Assembly: GCA_963713495.1 (NCBI GenBank)
Contig: CAVQLX010000007.1
Span: forward strand, 825,309-889,308
Length of the DNA: 64,000 nucleotides
Direction: 5' to 3'
Source of the DNA: an uncultured delta proteobacterium
GTDB lineage: Bacteria > Desulfobacterota > Binatia > DP-6
The notes below the pieces were generated by a model. That model was given only the letters and a program-made list of their open reading frames with translations. It did not search any database and was not told the DNA's origin. Of the stretch, positions 41,722-54,842 are shown in pieces; within the stretch, counting starts at the first letter, position 1, and the number at the start of each line of letters is the position of its first letter. A program made the translations under genes and the position numbers.

Positions 41722-43073
41722 CCGACAACCGGACGCTGGTCGAGTGGGATCACCGGCACATCTGGCACCCGTTCACCCAGATGGCCGACTGGCTCGGTGC
41801 GGAGCCGCTCGTCGTCGCGGCCGCGGAGGGGAGCTGGCTCGTCGATACGCACGGGCGGCGCTACCTCGACGGCGTGTCGTCGCTCTGGTGCAACGTGCAC
41901 GGGCATCGTCACCCGGGCCTGGACGCCGCGCTGCGCGCCCAGCTCGAGCGCGTGGCGCACACCACGCTGCTCGGCCTCGGCAGCGTTCCCGCCATCGAGC
42001 TGGCGCACGCACTCGTCCAGGTCGTCCCGGCGGGGCTCACGCGCGTGTTCTACTCCGACGCGGGCGCGACCGCGGTCGAGGCCGCCCTCCGCATCGCGCT
42101 CCAGTACCACCAGCTGCGCGGAGACGCCGGTCGCACGCGCTTCGCATCGCTGGTCGAGGCATACCACGGCGACACGCTGGGAGCGGTCGGGGTCGGCTAC
42201 TCGGACGCCTTCCATCGCTTCGTCGCGAGCGCCGTCCAGCCCGCGATCCGCCTGACGCCGCCGCACGTCTTCCGCTGGCAGCGCGGCATGGATCCGGAGT
42301 CGGCGCTCGGCGCCGCGCTGGCCGAGGCCGAGAGCACGCTCGCGGCGCACGCCGGGAGTCTCGCCGCGGTGATCGTCGAGCCCCTGGTGCAGGGTGCCGC
42401 CGGCATGTGGACGCATCCGCCTGCCTATCTTCGCGCGCTGCATGCGCTCGCCCGTCGCCACGGGGCGCTCTTCATCGCCGACGAGGTGGCGACGGGGTTC
42501 GGACGCACGGGACGGCTCTTCGCGTGCGAGCACGCCGGCATCTCGCCGGACATCCTCTGCGTCGCGAAGGGCATCAGCGGCGGCTACCTGCCGCTGGCGG
42601 CGACACTCGCCACCGAGGACGTCTTCGCGGCGTTCCTCGCACGCTACGAGGAGTACCGCGCCTTCTTCCACGGCCACACCTACACCGGCAACGCGCTCGC
42701 GTGCGCCGTCGCCCTGGCGAGCCTCCGCCTCTTCACGGAGGAGCGCACGCTGGAGCGGCTCCAGCCGAAGATCGCGCGCATGCGCGAGCGACTCGCCGGG
42801 GACATCGCGCCGCTCGGCCACGTCGGCGACGTGCGCCAGCAAGGCTTCATGGTCGGCATCGAGCTGGTCGCGGACCGCGCGGCGCGTTCGCCCTATGCGG
42901 CGGGCGCGCGCATCGGCCAGCGGGTGGTGGCCGCGGCGCGCGCGCGCGGCGTCATCCTGCGGCCGCTCGGCAACGTCGTCGTGCTGATGCCCCCGCTCGC
43001 CATCGCGCCGGCCGAGCTCGATCTCCTCCTCGACGTCACGCGCGACGCCATCCGCGAGGCGACGGAGGCATGA
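41718..43073 (+). CDS. bioA: Adenosylmethionine-8-amino-7-oxononanoate aminotransferase
   Basis: WHPFTQM, SSLWCNVHGH, YHGDT, DEVATGFGRTG, HGHTYTGN. Confidence 0.95.
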   Translation: MTDNRTLVEWDHRHIWHPFTQMADWLGAEPLVVAAAEGSWLVDTHGRRYLDGVSSLWCNVHGHRHPGLDAALRAQLERVAHTTLLGLGSVPAIELAHALVQVVPAGLTRVFYSDAGATAVEAALRIALQYHQLRGDAGRTRFASLVEAYHGDTLGAVGVGYSDAFHRFVASAVQPAIRLTPPHVFRWQRGMDPESALGAALAEAESTLAAHAGSLAAVIVEPLVQGAAGMWTHPPAYLRALHALARRHGALFIADEVATGFGRTGRLFACEHAGISPDILCVAKGISGGYLPLAATLATEDVFAAFLARYEEYRAFFHGHTYTGNALACAVALASLRLFTEERTLERLQPKIARMRERLAGDIAPLGHVGDVRQQGFMVGIELVADRAARSPYAAGARIGQRVVAAARARGVILRPLGNVVVLMPPLAIAPAELDLLLDVTRDAIREATEA

Positions 43074-43756
43074 GCGGCCTCCTCGTCACCGGCACCGACA
43101 CCGGCGTGGGCAAGACGTTCGTCGCCTGCGCGCTCGCACGCGGGCTGCGCGCCGCCGGACGTCGGGTGACGGTGATGAAGCCGGTCGAGACCGGGGTCGT
43201 GGATGGACCCGACGACGCGCTCCGGCTGCGCGATGCCGCGGCCGATCCGGCGCCACTCGACGAGATCTGTCCCTATCGCCTGCGCGCACCGCTCGCTCCC
43301 GCCGTGGCGGCCCGACTCGAGGAGGTGACGATCGACCTGGCTCGCCTCGAGGCGCTCGTGCGGCGGCGGCTCGAGCACGCCGACGTGCTGCTGGTGGAGG
43401 GCGCGGGCGGCCTGCTCGTCCCGATCGCGGACAGCGTGACGTGGGCCGACCTGGCGGCTCGCCTCCGGCTGCCGCTCCTGCTGGTCGCCGCGAACCGCCT
43501 CGGCGCCATCAATCACTGCGCGCTGACCGCGCGGGTCGCGGAGAGCATGGGCCTCTCCGTGCTCGGCTTCGTGCTGTCGAGCCCCGACCCGGCACGCGAT
43601 CTGTCGAGCAGCACCAATGCCGCGGCCATCACCGGCCTGACGGGCCTCGCCTGCCTGGCCGAGCTGCCCCATCTCGGCGACCCGGATGCGGCCGTCCTGG
43701 ACCCACGGGTCTTCCTGCTCGCGAAATCAAAGATTCTTGACAAGTCACCCGGGTGA
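43070..43756 (+). CDS. bioD: Dethiobiotin synthetase
   Basis: VTGTDTGVGKT, KPVETG, VEGAGG, LGAINH. Confidence 0.95.
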   Translation: MSGLLVTGTDTGVGKTFVACALARGLRAAGRRVTVMKPVETGVVDGPDDALRLRDAAADPAPLDEICPYRLRAPLAPAVAARLEEVTIDLARLEALVRRRLEHADVLLVEGAGGLLVPIADSVTWADLAARLRLPLLLVAANRLGAINHCALTARVAESMGLSVLGFVLSSPDPARDLSSSTNAAAITGLTGLACLAELPHLGDPDAAVLDPRVFLLAKSKILDKSPG

Positions 43757-43793
43757 ACGATACGGCTCGGGAGAGCGGACCAAAGGAGGGCCC

Positions 43794-44420
43794 ATGAAGC
43801 GAAGTCTCGCGATATCCGCGTTGGTTGCCGGACTCGGCCTCGTCGCTGGCTGGGCGGTGGCGAGCGATCAGGCCGTACTCGGCAAGTCGTTCATCGTGAA
43901 GAACCCGAACTCCGCCGACAAGCGCAAGGTGACGAGCTCGGCCAAGGAGCTGAACAGCGCGAACACCATCACCGGAGATCCCACGCTCTCCGGCAGCGCC
44001 GGCGGCGCGATCCTCACGATCATCGCCAACGGCGCCAACCCGTCGACGCAGACCTTCAACTTGCCGCAGGGCACGTCGGTGAGCGGGAAGTTCTTCTGGA
44101 AGGCCAGCGGCACGTCCGGGTTCAAGTACAAGGACGGCAAGGGCGAGCAGGGCCCGGTGAAGACCGTCATCATCAAGAAGAACCTGAGCGGCGTCTTCAC
44201 CATCAAGGTCGTCGTTCGCGGCAAGAACGGCCCGCTGAACATCGTCCCGCCCGATCCCGGCACGGACGGCTTCGTCACGCTGAAGATCGGCGGTGGAGAT
44301 CGCTACTGCCTCCAGTTCGCCGACGGCCAGGTGAAGAACGAGGATGCGAGCCTGTTCAAGGTGCGTCGTCCGACCACCGAGGGCTGTCCGTCGTCGCCGA
44401 GCGGCGCATTCCTCGATTGA
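43794..44420 (+). CDS. Secreted beta-rich hypothetical protein ending in SPSGAFLD
   Basis: AAAGGAGG RBS, signal peptide, Lys/Gly/Thr-rich body with two Cys, own downstream hairpin. Confidence 0.8.
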   Translation: MKRSLAISALVAGLGLVAGWAVASDQAVLGKSFIVKNPNSADKRKVTSSAKELNSANTITGDPTLSGSAGGAILTIIANGANPSTQTFNLPQGTSVSGKFFWKASGTSGFKYKDGKGEQGPVKTVIIKKNLSGVFTIKVVVRGKNGPLNIVPPDPGTDGFVTLKIGGGDRYCLQFADGQVKNEDASLFKVRRPTTEGCPSSPSGAFLD

Positions 44421-44459
44421 TCTCGATCGCGGCTCCGTCAGGGGTCGTGCGCTAGATCG

Positions 44460-44493
44460 CGAAGCCCCCGGAGGATAGCCTCCGGGGGCTTCG
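44460..44493 (+). terminator. Strong hairpin, probable intrinsic terminator or processing site
   Basis: CGAAGCCCCCGGAGG-ATAG-CCTCCGGGGGCTTCG, 15-bp perfect stem with a weak U-tract. Confidence 0.7.
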
Positions 44494-44549
44494 TCGCTTT
44501 CGGGGAGGAGGCAACGCGACTGACGGGAAGGCGCATCGCGCTGGGACTC

Positions 44550-46280
44550 GTGCTGCTCGCGCTGGCGGTGACGGCGCGAGGGCTCGAGCGTCGGACCACG
44601 TGGTACCTGGCGAGCGACCAGTTCGCGTTTCTCACCTTCGCGGACGATCTCCGGCACGGGCGCATCTTCCACGACCCGGGCACGCTGGCGACGCTCGCCG
44701 CCGGCGTACCGCGCGACCGGACCGCCGACGCGTTCTACCAGACGTACCTCTGGCGCGACGGCCTGCTGTACTCGCGCTATCCGCCCGGGTTCCCGCTCCT
44801 GCTCGCCGGCGCCGGCGCGCTCGCCGGCGAGCGCGGGATGCACCTGCTGAACCCGCTCCTCTATCTCGTCCTCGTCGCCGGCATGGCGCTGCTCACGAGC
44901 GTCCTCCTGCGCGGCTCGGCGATCGCCGCTGCGGCCGGCGCGGCGGCGTCATGGGCGCTGCTGGTGGTCCCCACCGACGTGCACTTCTGGGGCATCACCG
45001 TGGCACGGGACCTGCCGGCGCACCTCCTGGCGCTGGGAGCGCTGGCGGCGGCGTGCGGTGGACGCTTCGGTCTCGCCGGCCTCGCGCTCGGCGTCGCCTG
45101 CTCGATTCGCCCCGACGCGGTGCTGTACTCGCTGTCGCTCGGCGCCGTCGCGCTCGTCGTCCGTCCCGCCCCGCGCGCCCTCGTGCGTGGCAGCCTGGCG
45201 TTCGCCGCCGGGGTCGCCCCGCTGCTGGCGTACAACACCATCACGCAGGGTCATCCCCTGGCGTTCACGCAGGGCATGGAGTTTCGCCAGCTCATGAGCA
45301 CGGCTCCGGGGCCACCCGTCGCGTCGGCGTCGCTCGCCGCGTCGCTCCCGACCGTCTCCGGCGGCGGATTCCGTCTGCGGAATCTCCCGCAGGTGCTCCC
45401 GCAGAATCTGCGCTACCTCGCCGCCGCATTCGGCGCGTTCCTCGTGCCGGCCGTCGGAGCGCTCGTCTGTCCAGTCCGCCGGCGCACGCTCGTCGCGGCC
45501 GCGCTGGCGCCCTACCTCGTCGGATCGATCTTCTTCTACAGCTGCTGGGGACACGGCGACGCGCGCTACCTCGTGGGCGCGGTGCTCGTGTTGCTCGTCG
45601 CCGCCGCCATCGGCACGACGGCCTGGTGCGTCGCGATCGCGGACGCATCGCGGCCGCCGCGGAGACGGGCCGCGTTGCTGGCACTCGGGCTGGCGGTCGT
45701 GGTGGCCGCGCCACACGTGTTTCCCGAGCAGCCGCCGCGGCGGCCGCTCGAGATCGCGGTCGGCGCGGGCGCGCTGCTCGCCGGCGGCGCTGCGCTCGCC
45801 CCCGCCCTTGCCGCGACGGCCGCGGCGATCGCTCCGTTCGTCCCGGCGGCCGCCTTCGCGGGGGTCTCCGTGACGCGGATCGTGAACGGCAGCGGCGCCC
45901 GCGACCCCTTCCAGGCGCCGCAGGTGGCCCGGGCCCATGAATCGATCGAGGCGCTGGTCCCCGCCGGAGGCGTGGTGATCACCACGCCGGCGCTCGGCCG
46001 GCCGGCGGAGAACATCACGCGCTACACGCACGCCGCAGCGTACTACGAGGGGGAGCTCGCGGGTCTCGGGACCACGCTCGCGGCCGCGACCCGCCGCCTG
46101 CTCGCGGCCGGTCGGCGTGTGTATCTTCTCCTGCCCGCCGCCGGCCCGGTTCCGTTGCCGGCGACCTCGCTGACCGAGGTCGCGCGCCGGAGCGGGACGG
46201 AGCTCTACGACTGGTTCGTCGATCCTGCGCACACCACCGAGGCGGTGCTGCTCGAGGTGACGCGTGCGCCGGATGGCTGA
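44550..46280 (+). CDS. Multi-TM membrane protein, GT-C (PMT/ArnT-like) glycosyltransferase candidate; start uncertain
   Basis: ASDQFAF in the first loop, YSRYPPGFPLLLA, IRPDAVL, LLAYN...GHPL, DARYL; more than 10 TM segments. Confidence 0.6.
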   Translation: MLLALAVTARGLERRTTWYLASDQFAFLTFADDLRHGRIFHDPGTLATLAAGVPRDRTADAFYQTYLWRDGLLYSRYPPGFPLLLAGAGALAGERGMHLLNPLLYLVLVAGMALLTSVLLRGSAIAAAAGAAASWALLVVPTDVHFWGITVARDLPAHLLALGALAAACGGRFGLAGLALGVACSIRPDAVLYSLSLGAVALVVRPAPRALVRGSLAFAAGVAPLLAYNTITQGHPLAFTQGMEFRQLMSTAPGPPVASASLAASLPTVSGGGFRLRNLPQVLPQNLRYLAAAFGAFLVPAVGALVCPVRRRTLVAAALAPYLVGSIFFYSCWGHGDARYLVGAVLVLLVAAAIGTTAWCVAIADASRPPRRRAALLALGLAVVVAAPHVFPEQPPRRPLEIAVGAGALLAGGAALAPALAATAAAIAPFVPAAAFAGVSVTRIVNGSGARDPFQAPQVARAHESIEALVPAGGVVITTPALGRPAENITRYTHAAAYYEGELAGLGTTLAAATRRLLAAGRRVYLLLPAAGPVPLPATSLTEVARRSGTELYDWFVDPAHTTEAVLLEVTRAPDG

Positions 46281-46295
46281 GCCCGCCGCGCGGGG

Positions 46296-46661
46296 TCAGC
46301 CGAGCTGGCGGCGGCGCTCCTCCGCCTCCTGCTGTGACTTGCAGGCGATGCAGAGGGTGGTGACGGGCCGGGCGCGAAGCCGGTCGACACCGATCTCACC
46401 GTCGCACTCCTCGCACTTGCCGTACGACCCGTCCTCGATGCGACCGAGCGCCTCGTCGATCTTCGAGAGCAGCTTCCGCTCGCGATCGCGGATGCGGAGC
46501 GTGAGATTCCGGTTGTACTCGAGCGTGGCGCGGTCCGTGGGATCGGGAAAGAGCTCGCGGCCCTCTCCCATGCCGTCGACGGTCCGAACCGCCTCCCCGA
46601 GCAACTCGAGGCGACGCTCGTGTAGGAGTTTCTGGAAGGTGCTAAGTTCGCGTTGTCTCAT
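46296..46661 (-). CDS. dksA: RNA polymerase-binding protein DksA
   Basis: DPTDRA (DxxDxA), CEEC...RLRARP...LCIAC. Confidence 0.93.
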   Translation of the reverse strand: MRQRELSTFQKLLHERRLELLGEAVRTVDGMGEGRELFPDPTDRATLEYNRNLTLRIRDRERKLLSKIDEALGRIEDGSYGKCEECDGEIGVDRLRARPVTTLCIACKSQQEAEERRRQLG

Positions 46662-46728
46662 GCGGCTTCCACGAGATGGGCGACCCTAGCACCCGATTTT
46701 CCAGGGCGCAACGATTGAGTGAGAAAAA

Positions 46729-47940
46729 TTGCGCATCTCCTACCTCGACACCTTCTCAGGCATCAGCGGTGACATGACCGTCGGCGCCCTGCTCGACCTC
46801 GGTCTGCCCATCGAGCGGGTGCGCGACGCGGTGTCGACGCTCGGACTCGACGGTGTGGAGGTGTGGGCGGAGCGGACGCAGCGCTGCGGGATCGCGGCAA
46901 CGAAGTTTCACGTACGTGTGCACGGCCGTCATCCCGACTCGCCGCGCGCGGCTGACGACGACCACCACGGTCATCGGCCCTATGCGTCGATCCGCGATCT
47001 GATCGCGGCCAGCGCCCTCGAGCCGGTGGTCCGCGAGCGCGCGCTCGCCGTCTTCGCGCGTCTCGCCGAGGCGGAAGCCGAGGTGCACGGCGTCGCGGTG
47101 GATCGCGTCGAGTTCCACGAGGTCGGCGCGCTCGATGCCATCGTCGACGTGGTGGGCGCCGCGCTCGGGTTCACGCACCTCGGCATCGACGAGATCCGCG
47201 TCGCGCCGCTGCCCATCGGTCGGGGCCTGGTTGCGTCGGCGCACGGTCCGCTTCCGGTCCCCGGACCGGCGGTCACCTCCCTCCTGCGGGGCTGGCCCGT
47301 GCGACCGGGCGACGGTGACGGCGAGCTGGTGACGCCGACCGGCGCGGCCATCGTCGCCGGGCTCGCGCGACCCGGCCCCGCGCCGCCGTTCCGCCTCGAT
47401 GGCGCGGGCTACGGCGCCGGCGATCGCACCCTGGCCGATCGTCCGAATCTCCTGCGAATCCTGGTCGGCGAGCCGATCGCCGCGGCCGCGGAGGACGACG
47501 TGGTCGTCCTCGAAGCCACGATCGACGACTCGAGTCCGCAGATCTACGAGCACGTGGTCGAGCGGCTCCTCGCCGCCGGCGCGCGCGACGCGTTCCTCGA
47601 GCCCGTCGTGATGAAGAAGAGCAGGCCGGGCGTGACGCTGCGCGTGCTGGCCGATCCCGCCGACCGCGAGCGCCTGGCGGCCATCGTCTTCGCGGAGACG
47701 TCGACCATCGGGCTACGCTACTCGACGGCCCGCCGCATGGTGCTGCCGCGCGAGGAGCGGCACGTGGAAACACCCTACGGCAGCGTGCGGGTCAAGGTGG
47801 CGCACGCCCCGGACGGCACCGTGAACGTCGCGCCCGAGTACGAGGACTGTCGCGCGCTGGCCGTCGCGAGGGGCGTGCCGCTCAAGGTCGTGCACCGCGC
47901 CGCGCTGGCGGCGGCCCTCAGGATGCCCGGCGCCACTTGA
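46729..47940 (+). CDS. larC: Nickel pincer cofactor biosynthesis protein LarC
   Basis: FSGISGDM, His-rich patch, [34 protein letters not shown]. Confidence 0.93.
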   Translation: MRISYLDTFSGISGDMTVGALLDLGLPIERVRDAVSTLGLDGVEVWAERTQRCGIAATKFHVRVHGRHPDSPRAADDDHHGHRPYASIRDLIAASALEPVVRERALAVFARLAEAEAEVHGVAVDRVEFHEVGALDAIVDVVGAALGFTHLGIDEIRVAPLPIGRGLVASAHGPLPVPGPAVTSLLRGWPVRPGDGDGELVTPTGAAIVAGLARPGPAPPFRLDGAGYGAGDRTLADRPNLLRILVGEPIAAAAEDDVVVLEATIDDSSPQIYEHVVERLLAAGARDAFLEPVVMKKSRPGVTLRVLADPADRERLAAIVFAETSTIGLRYSTARRMVLPREERHVETPYGSVRVKVAHAPDGTVNVAPEYEDCRALAVARGVPLKVVHRAALAAALRMPGAT

Positions 47941-48475
47941 TCGAGCAGCCCATCGACGGCACCTGCTCGCGCGCGGGCGCGTGACCCGCCAGCAGCGCGT
48001 CGAACGCCGCCGCCAGCTCGCGTCGCGTCACCTTGGCCGGCTCGCGCCAGCTGTCGTCGAGCCGGCCGTGGTAGGCCAGGCGGCGGTCGGGGCCGTAGAC
48101 GAAGAACTCCGGCGTGCAGACGGCGCCGAACGCACGCGCCACGTCCTGCGTCTCGTCGACGCCGTAGGGGAACCCGAACCCCTTCTCGCGCCAGCGCGCG
48201 AGAAGCCGCGCCGGCGCATCGTCGGGATAGTCGGATGGATCGTTGGAGCAGACGCCGACGAGCTGGACGCCGCGGCCCTCGTAGTCGCGGGCGAGCGCGA
48301 CGAGGCGATCCTCGATGGCCTGCACGTACGGACAGTGGTTGCAGATGAACATCACCGCGAGGACCGGCGCGGCGCGCAGGTCGTCACGGCTGACGATCCC
48401 GCCGTCGACGGTCGGCAAACGGAAATCCGGACACGGCGTGCCCGGCCCGATGTCGCGATTCTCGGTCAGTGCCAT
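47918..48475 (-). CDS. Thioredoxin-fold (AhpC/TSA-like) protein
   Basis: [32 protein letters not shown]. Confidence 0.9.
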   Translation of the reverse strand: MALTENRDIGPGTPCPDFRLPTVDGGIVSRDDLRAAPVLAVMFICNHCPYVQAIEDRLVALARDYEGRGVQLVGVCSNDPSDYPDDAPARLLARWREKGFGFPYGVDETQDVARAFGAVCTPEFFVYGPDRRLAYHGRLDDSWREPAKVTRRELAAAFDALLAGHAPAREQVPSMGCSIKWRRAS

Positions 48476-48583
48476 GCGGCCGGCGTAGCCCCGGTGCGCG
48501 TACGAGGCAAGCCGCATCGCCCACGGCCGTGGACTCGTGTACGGTGACGCCGTGGACCGAGGATGCTGGCCGGGGCGGCGCCG

Positions 48584-48913
48584 ATGGACGTGATCGTCGA
48601 CCTTCCAGCCGTCCGACCTGGCCGCCTCGCGCGCACGCTCGCCGACGTGCCGCTCGCCGACGAGGCGCGGGAGCTGCGCACCTACCTGCGCGGCGCGCGT
48701 GCCGAGGACCTCCCCGCCGGCATCCGGCTCGCCTTCCAGCTCGACCTCATCGACCTGGCGGCGTTCGCGCAGCTCGTGCGCCAGCTCGCGGATCGGTGGC
48801 CGTTCCTGAGCTTCCGGCTCGCGACCGAGCCGCCGCGCTGTCTCCTCGACGTCGAGGGACACGACGCCGCCGCCGACGTCGCGCGCGCCGTCTTCCGCGA
48901 GCTCGGCGCGTGA
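48584..48913 (+). CDS. Hypothetical protein
   Basis: Globular-looking 109 aa ORF upstream of the ZIP gene. Confidence 0.55.
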   Translation: MDVIVDLPAVRPGRLARTLADVPLADEARELRTYLRGARAEDLPAGIRLAFQLDLIDLAAFAQLVRQLADRWPFLSFRLATEPPRCLLDVEGHDAAADVARAVFRELGA

Positions 48914-48976
48914 GCGCCCGCACCCGCGATCCGGTTGCCAAAGGTCCGAGGCGTAGGCAGATGTGGCGCGCCGCGC

Positions 48977-49710
48977 ATGTCGCCGTTCGTCCAGTCGTTG
49001 CTCGCCACGCTGTGGGTCAGTGCGCTCGCACTCATCGGGATCGTCTTCCTCTTCGTCCGGAAGCCGGCGGGGCGCGGCGAGGCGTTGCTCCTCAGCTTCG
49101 CCGCCGGCGTGCTGCTCGCGACGGCGTTCCTCGATCTGCTGCCCGAAGCGATCGAGCGCGGCCACGGGGACGGCAATATCTTCCTCGCGGCGCTGGCGGC
49201 GATGATCGTGTTCTTCTTCCTCGAGCGCGTCCTGCACGGCTTTCACGAGCACGAGGAGATGCATACCAGACCGTCGCGCTACCTCGTCCTGCTGGGTGAC
49301 GGCCTGCACAACTTCATCGACGGCGTGGTGATCGCGGCCAGCTTCGCGGCCAGCCCCGAGCTCGGCATCGCGACGACGGTGGCGGTCACGGTGCACGAGG
49401 TGCCGAAGGAGATCGCGGACTTCAGCATCCTCATGAGCGGCGGGTTCGATTTCCGGACGGCCCTGCTGCTCAACTTCGCCACGGGGCTGATGGCGCTGCT
49501 CGGCCCGGTCGTGTTCTTCGCGCTCGAGGGCACGGTCACGCATCACCTCGCCTGGTTCATGACGGGAGCCGCCGGCATGTTCATCTACGTCGCCGGGACC
49601 GACCTGATCCCGCAGCTGCACCACCATCGCGAGGGCCCGGGCGCGATGGTGTACCTGCCGTTCCTGGGCGGCATCGCGCTCATCGCGACGGTGGGCGCAC
49701 TCGTCGGACG

Positions 49711-49714
<4 letters not shown>
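48977..49714 (+). CDS. ZIP family metal transporter
   Basis: [35 protein letters not shown]. Confidence 0.92.
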
Positions 49715-52000
<2,286 letters not shown>

Positions 52001-52073
52001 GCCTCGGTGTGCGTCATGGGCCGGCCACGACGCCCCGTCAATCGCTGGCACGTCTGCTGCTCCGCTGCCGGTC

Positions 52074-52364
52074 ATGCGGATGATGATGGCGCTGGCGATC
52101 GCTGGCGCGTTGTGGGTCTCGCGGACGTCGGCGCTGACCGATGCGCCGCACAGCGAAACGCCGCGCGCAACGGACCTGCTCAGGGCGGAGCGCCTGGCCG
52201 AGGACGTCCGGCGCCGTCTCGAGCTGCCGCCAGCGCACGTCGAAGCCGGGTGGCGTCGCGGCGGCCAGGGCTGGCGGCGGAAGGAGCCGACCGCCAAGGT
52301 CACGACCGACGGCGACGTGATCATCAACGTGAAGCCACCAAGGAGCCCTTCCGCGCAGCGATGA
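52074..52364 (+). CDS. Small exported hypothetical protein
   Basis: Signal-peptide-like N-terminus. Confidence 0.4.
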   Translation: MRMMMALAIAGALWVSRTSALTDAPHSETPRATDLLRAERLAEDVRRRLELPPAHVEAGWRRGGQGWRRKEPTAKVTTDGDVIINVKPPRSPSAQR

Positions 52365-52383
52365 CCCCGTCGGCGCCGCCGAG

Positions 52384-52412
52384 TTGATTTCGCGGGGGCC
52401 CCTGGCTATAGC
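52384..52412 (+). promoter_or_regulatory. Possible sigma-70 promoter of the tRNA
   Basis: TTGATT-N17-TATAGC about 40 nt upstream of the tRNA. Confidence 0.4.
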
Positions 52413-52449
52413 CTGCAGCCTTCGTCCGGCGCCGTCACGGCGCGCATGT

Positions 52450-52522
52450 GGGGCCGTAGCTCAGCTGGGAGAGCGCTAGAATCGCACTCTAGAGGTCGGG
52501 GGTTCGACTCCCCTCGGCTCCA
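52450..52522 (+). tRNA. tRNA-Ala(CGC)
   Basis: Acceptor stem GGGGCCG/CGGCTCC with G3:U70, anticodon arm CTAGA-ATCGCAC-TCTAG, T-loop GTTCGA. CCA not encoded. Confidence 0.95.
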
Positions 52523-52576
52523 CTCTCCAATCGCCCGATCTTGTGGCGATTTCTGCACGGTCAGCGTGCTCCCAGC

Positions 52577-52820
52577 TCAGCCGCGACCGTCGAGGTTGCG
52601 GATGGTTGCGCCGGACGCGTCGTCGAGGCGGTCCACTGCGGCCTTGTTGCCACCCGGCACCAAGTGGCCGTAGGTGTCTACGGTCACGCGGATGCTGTGG
52701 TGACCCATCTGATCCTTCACGTAAGCCAAGCTCTCGCCCTGGGCGATCAGCAGGCTCGCGTAGGTGTGGCGGAGGTCGTGGATGCGGACCCTCCGCAGCT
52801 GGGCCTTCGCGAGGAGCTTG
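52577..52820 (-). pseudogene. Tyrosine integrase C-terminal remnant
   Basis: RIHDLRHTYASLL...MGHHSIRVTVDTYGHL (HxxR, H and catalytic Y). N-terminal part missing; abuts the tRNA. Confidence 0.9.
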
Positions 52821-52976
52821 CACTTCAACGTCCGGCTGCAGGACGATCGCCTCTGCACGCTCGTCATGATCGGTGTGGGGCCCGACGGGACGAAGGAGCT
52901 GATTACGGTCGAGGACGGCTACCGGGAGAGCGCCGAGAGCTGGAAGACCGTGCTCCGCGACTTGAAGCGCCGCGGC
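52821..52976 (+). mobile_element. IS256-family transposase internal fragment
   Basis: HFNVRLQDDRLCTLVMIGVGPDGTKELITVEDGYRESAESWKTVLRDLKRRG. Confidence 0.85.
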
Positions 52977-53025
52977 AGGGGCCAGTGTACTCGGCCTCTG
53001 TGGGGAGCACGAGCACCCCGGGTCT

Positions 53026-53613
53026 TCATGGCACGAGTTTCAAACTCACCTCCAGCACACCCGGCTCGGAGCAAGTCGTCATCATGGGGAGGCCGCTCTT
53101 ACGAAAGACGCTCATCATCGGTCGATTCTCAGCGAGCACGAAAGCATGAAAGGCACGCAGACCATTGGCACGCGCGATCGCTGCCAAGTGCCGTAGGAGT
53201 ACGGCACCGATCCCGCGCCGCTGGTGAGCATCTGGTACCACGAACGCTACCTCTGCGCTCTTCGGCCGCACCTCCGAGTGCTCGACGATGTAGCCGGCGG
53301 CACCGACCAACAGAGGACCCGAGCTGTTGTCGATGAAGGCTACGAGTGCGACGTGGTTCACGAAGTCTAGCTGCGTCAAGTAGTCGAGCTCACGCTCCGA
53401 CAGCTCGCGCTTCGCGGTAAAGAAGCGATGGTAAGCTGATTCCGGCGATAAGTGATGCATTCCCTCGCGCAGTAGGTCGCGGTCCGACGGCCGGACCGCG
53501 CGCAGCCACACGCGGCACCCGTCTCGCAGTCGATCTTCGGCGTGGTACTGGCAGGAGATGAGCATAGCTTCGGTCTGTTTTTGTCGTTTGTTCAAGACGG
53601 TGCCTCCGCTCAT
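53026..53613 (-). CDS. GNAT acetyltransferase (stand-alone Pat-like domain); alternative start 53565
   Basis: LSPESAYHRFF, AEVAFVVPDAHQRRGIG, VLAENRPM. Confidence 0.85.
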   Translation of the reverse strand: MSGGTVLNKRQKQTEAMLISCQYHAEDRLRDGCRVWLRAVRPSDRDLLREGMHHLSPESAYHRFFTAKRELSERELDYLTQLDFVNHVALVAFIDNSSGPLLVGAAGYIVEHSEVRPKSAEVAFVVPDAHQRRGIGAVLLRHLAAIARANGLRAFHAFVLAENRPMMSVFRKSGLPMMTTCSEPGVLEVSLKLVP

Positions 53614-53996
53614 ATGCGTTCAAGGGCCAATCTACTTCACAGGCGGGACCGCGGCATGCCCGTCGCCAGTGCGTCCAGCTGCTCGAGCGCTGGCGCCAGC
53701 ATCGCACCACCCGCGTCGCCCGCGCCGGCGGGCCGCGCGGCTCTACGCGGAGCATGTCGCCGGACGTGTCCATATGGCTCTCACTGCCTTTGCCTGCTGT
53801 CCGCTTGCAAACCGTGGGCATCCTGAGTGCGGATCCGTCCTGGACGCCGGGAACGGGCGATCCCGCGAGCGCGGATCAGCGCGGCGGCCAAAGTCCCCGA
53901 GATAGGTCCTACAGAGCGATCACGACGATCTCACACGCCACGCAGCGGCGTAGAATTGTCGGGCAGAGATGCGGCCTCGAGCAACCTGAATGCACG

Positions 53997-54266
53997 CTAT
54001 TTAGCGGCCGCGCGCCTCCGCTTCGATCGCCTGGCCGGCTTCTTTCGGGTGGCGGCCTGGATGTCCTTGCGCAACCGACGCGCGTGCTCGTCCAACTGCT
54101 TGGCTGCCGCTGCGACCTGCTTGCGGAGCTTCTTTGCCCCGGCTTGCAATCTCTTCGGCAGCCCCGTCGCCGCGACCTTCTTCCGGATGTCCGAGCGCAG
54201 TTTCTTCGCGTGCGTCTCGATGTCCTTCATGAGGGCAGCAACTCGATCATTTGAAGCCTTCGGCAT
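53997..54266 (-). CDS. Small Lys/Arg/Ala-rich helical protein
   Basis: GGAGG RBS. MPKASNDRVAALMKDIETHAKKLRSDIRKK...RRSKRRRAAAK. Confidence 0.7.
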   Translation of the reverse strand: MPKASNDRVAALMKDIETHAKKLRSDIRKKVAATGLPKRLQAGAKKLRKQVAAAAKQLDEHARRLRKDIQAATRKKPARRSKRRRAAAK

Positions 54267-54583
54267 GTCACCTCCCGTCGTGGTTGGCTGAGGGTGTACG
54301 GTCATAGGCAGTTTGGGAATTCGCTCGGTCAATAGAGGATTGACGGGCCATCCCGTCTCCAAGCCTGAATACGGCCATCGTGGCTTCGAAGGCAACGGTC
54401 TTCCGCCCCCCGAGGCGAGAGAAAGGACGGTCTCGACGCTCGCGACGGGGATCCAGGCAACCTGCCGAGAGCATTCCAGCCGACTTGGGAAGCCCGTACA
54501 CGCACCCCGGGCGCATCTCGACCCCGATGCCTCCCCACCGTGCTCGTCAAGCGTCAGCATGGGGCCGGGTCTGGTGCTCGCAG

Positions 54584-54659
54584 CCTCGATCCGGTCGAGG
54601 AGGTGACCGAACAGCTCCCGCGGCACCGGCGCCTCCGCCATTTGGAAGATCACGTAGCG
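54584..54659 (-). mobile_element. IS1380-family transposase C-terminal fragment
   Basis: RYVIFQMAEAPVPRELFGHLLDRIE matches the recalled C-terminal pattern of IS1380 transposases. Confidence 0.7.
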
Positions 54660-54842
54660 ACCGGTCGGATCGGCAGGAGATGCGGCCTCTCCCGTCCTCG
54701 CCTGCCAGGGCTTTCGATCGATCTTGCCATAGCCGCTGTATCTCCCAGGGCACCGCCCGTGCGGACCCGTGCGAATGGATACGTGCTCGACCGCCTCCCG
54801 TTGTTGTCCATTCGCGCCAGTGCCGCGCGAGACTCGCGCCCG

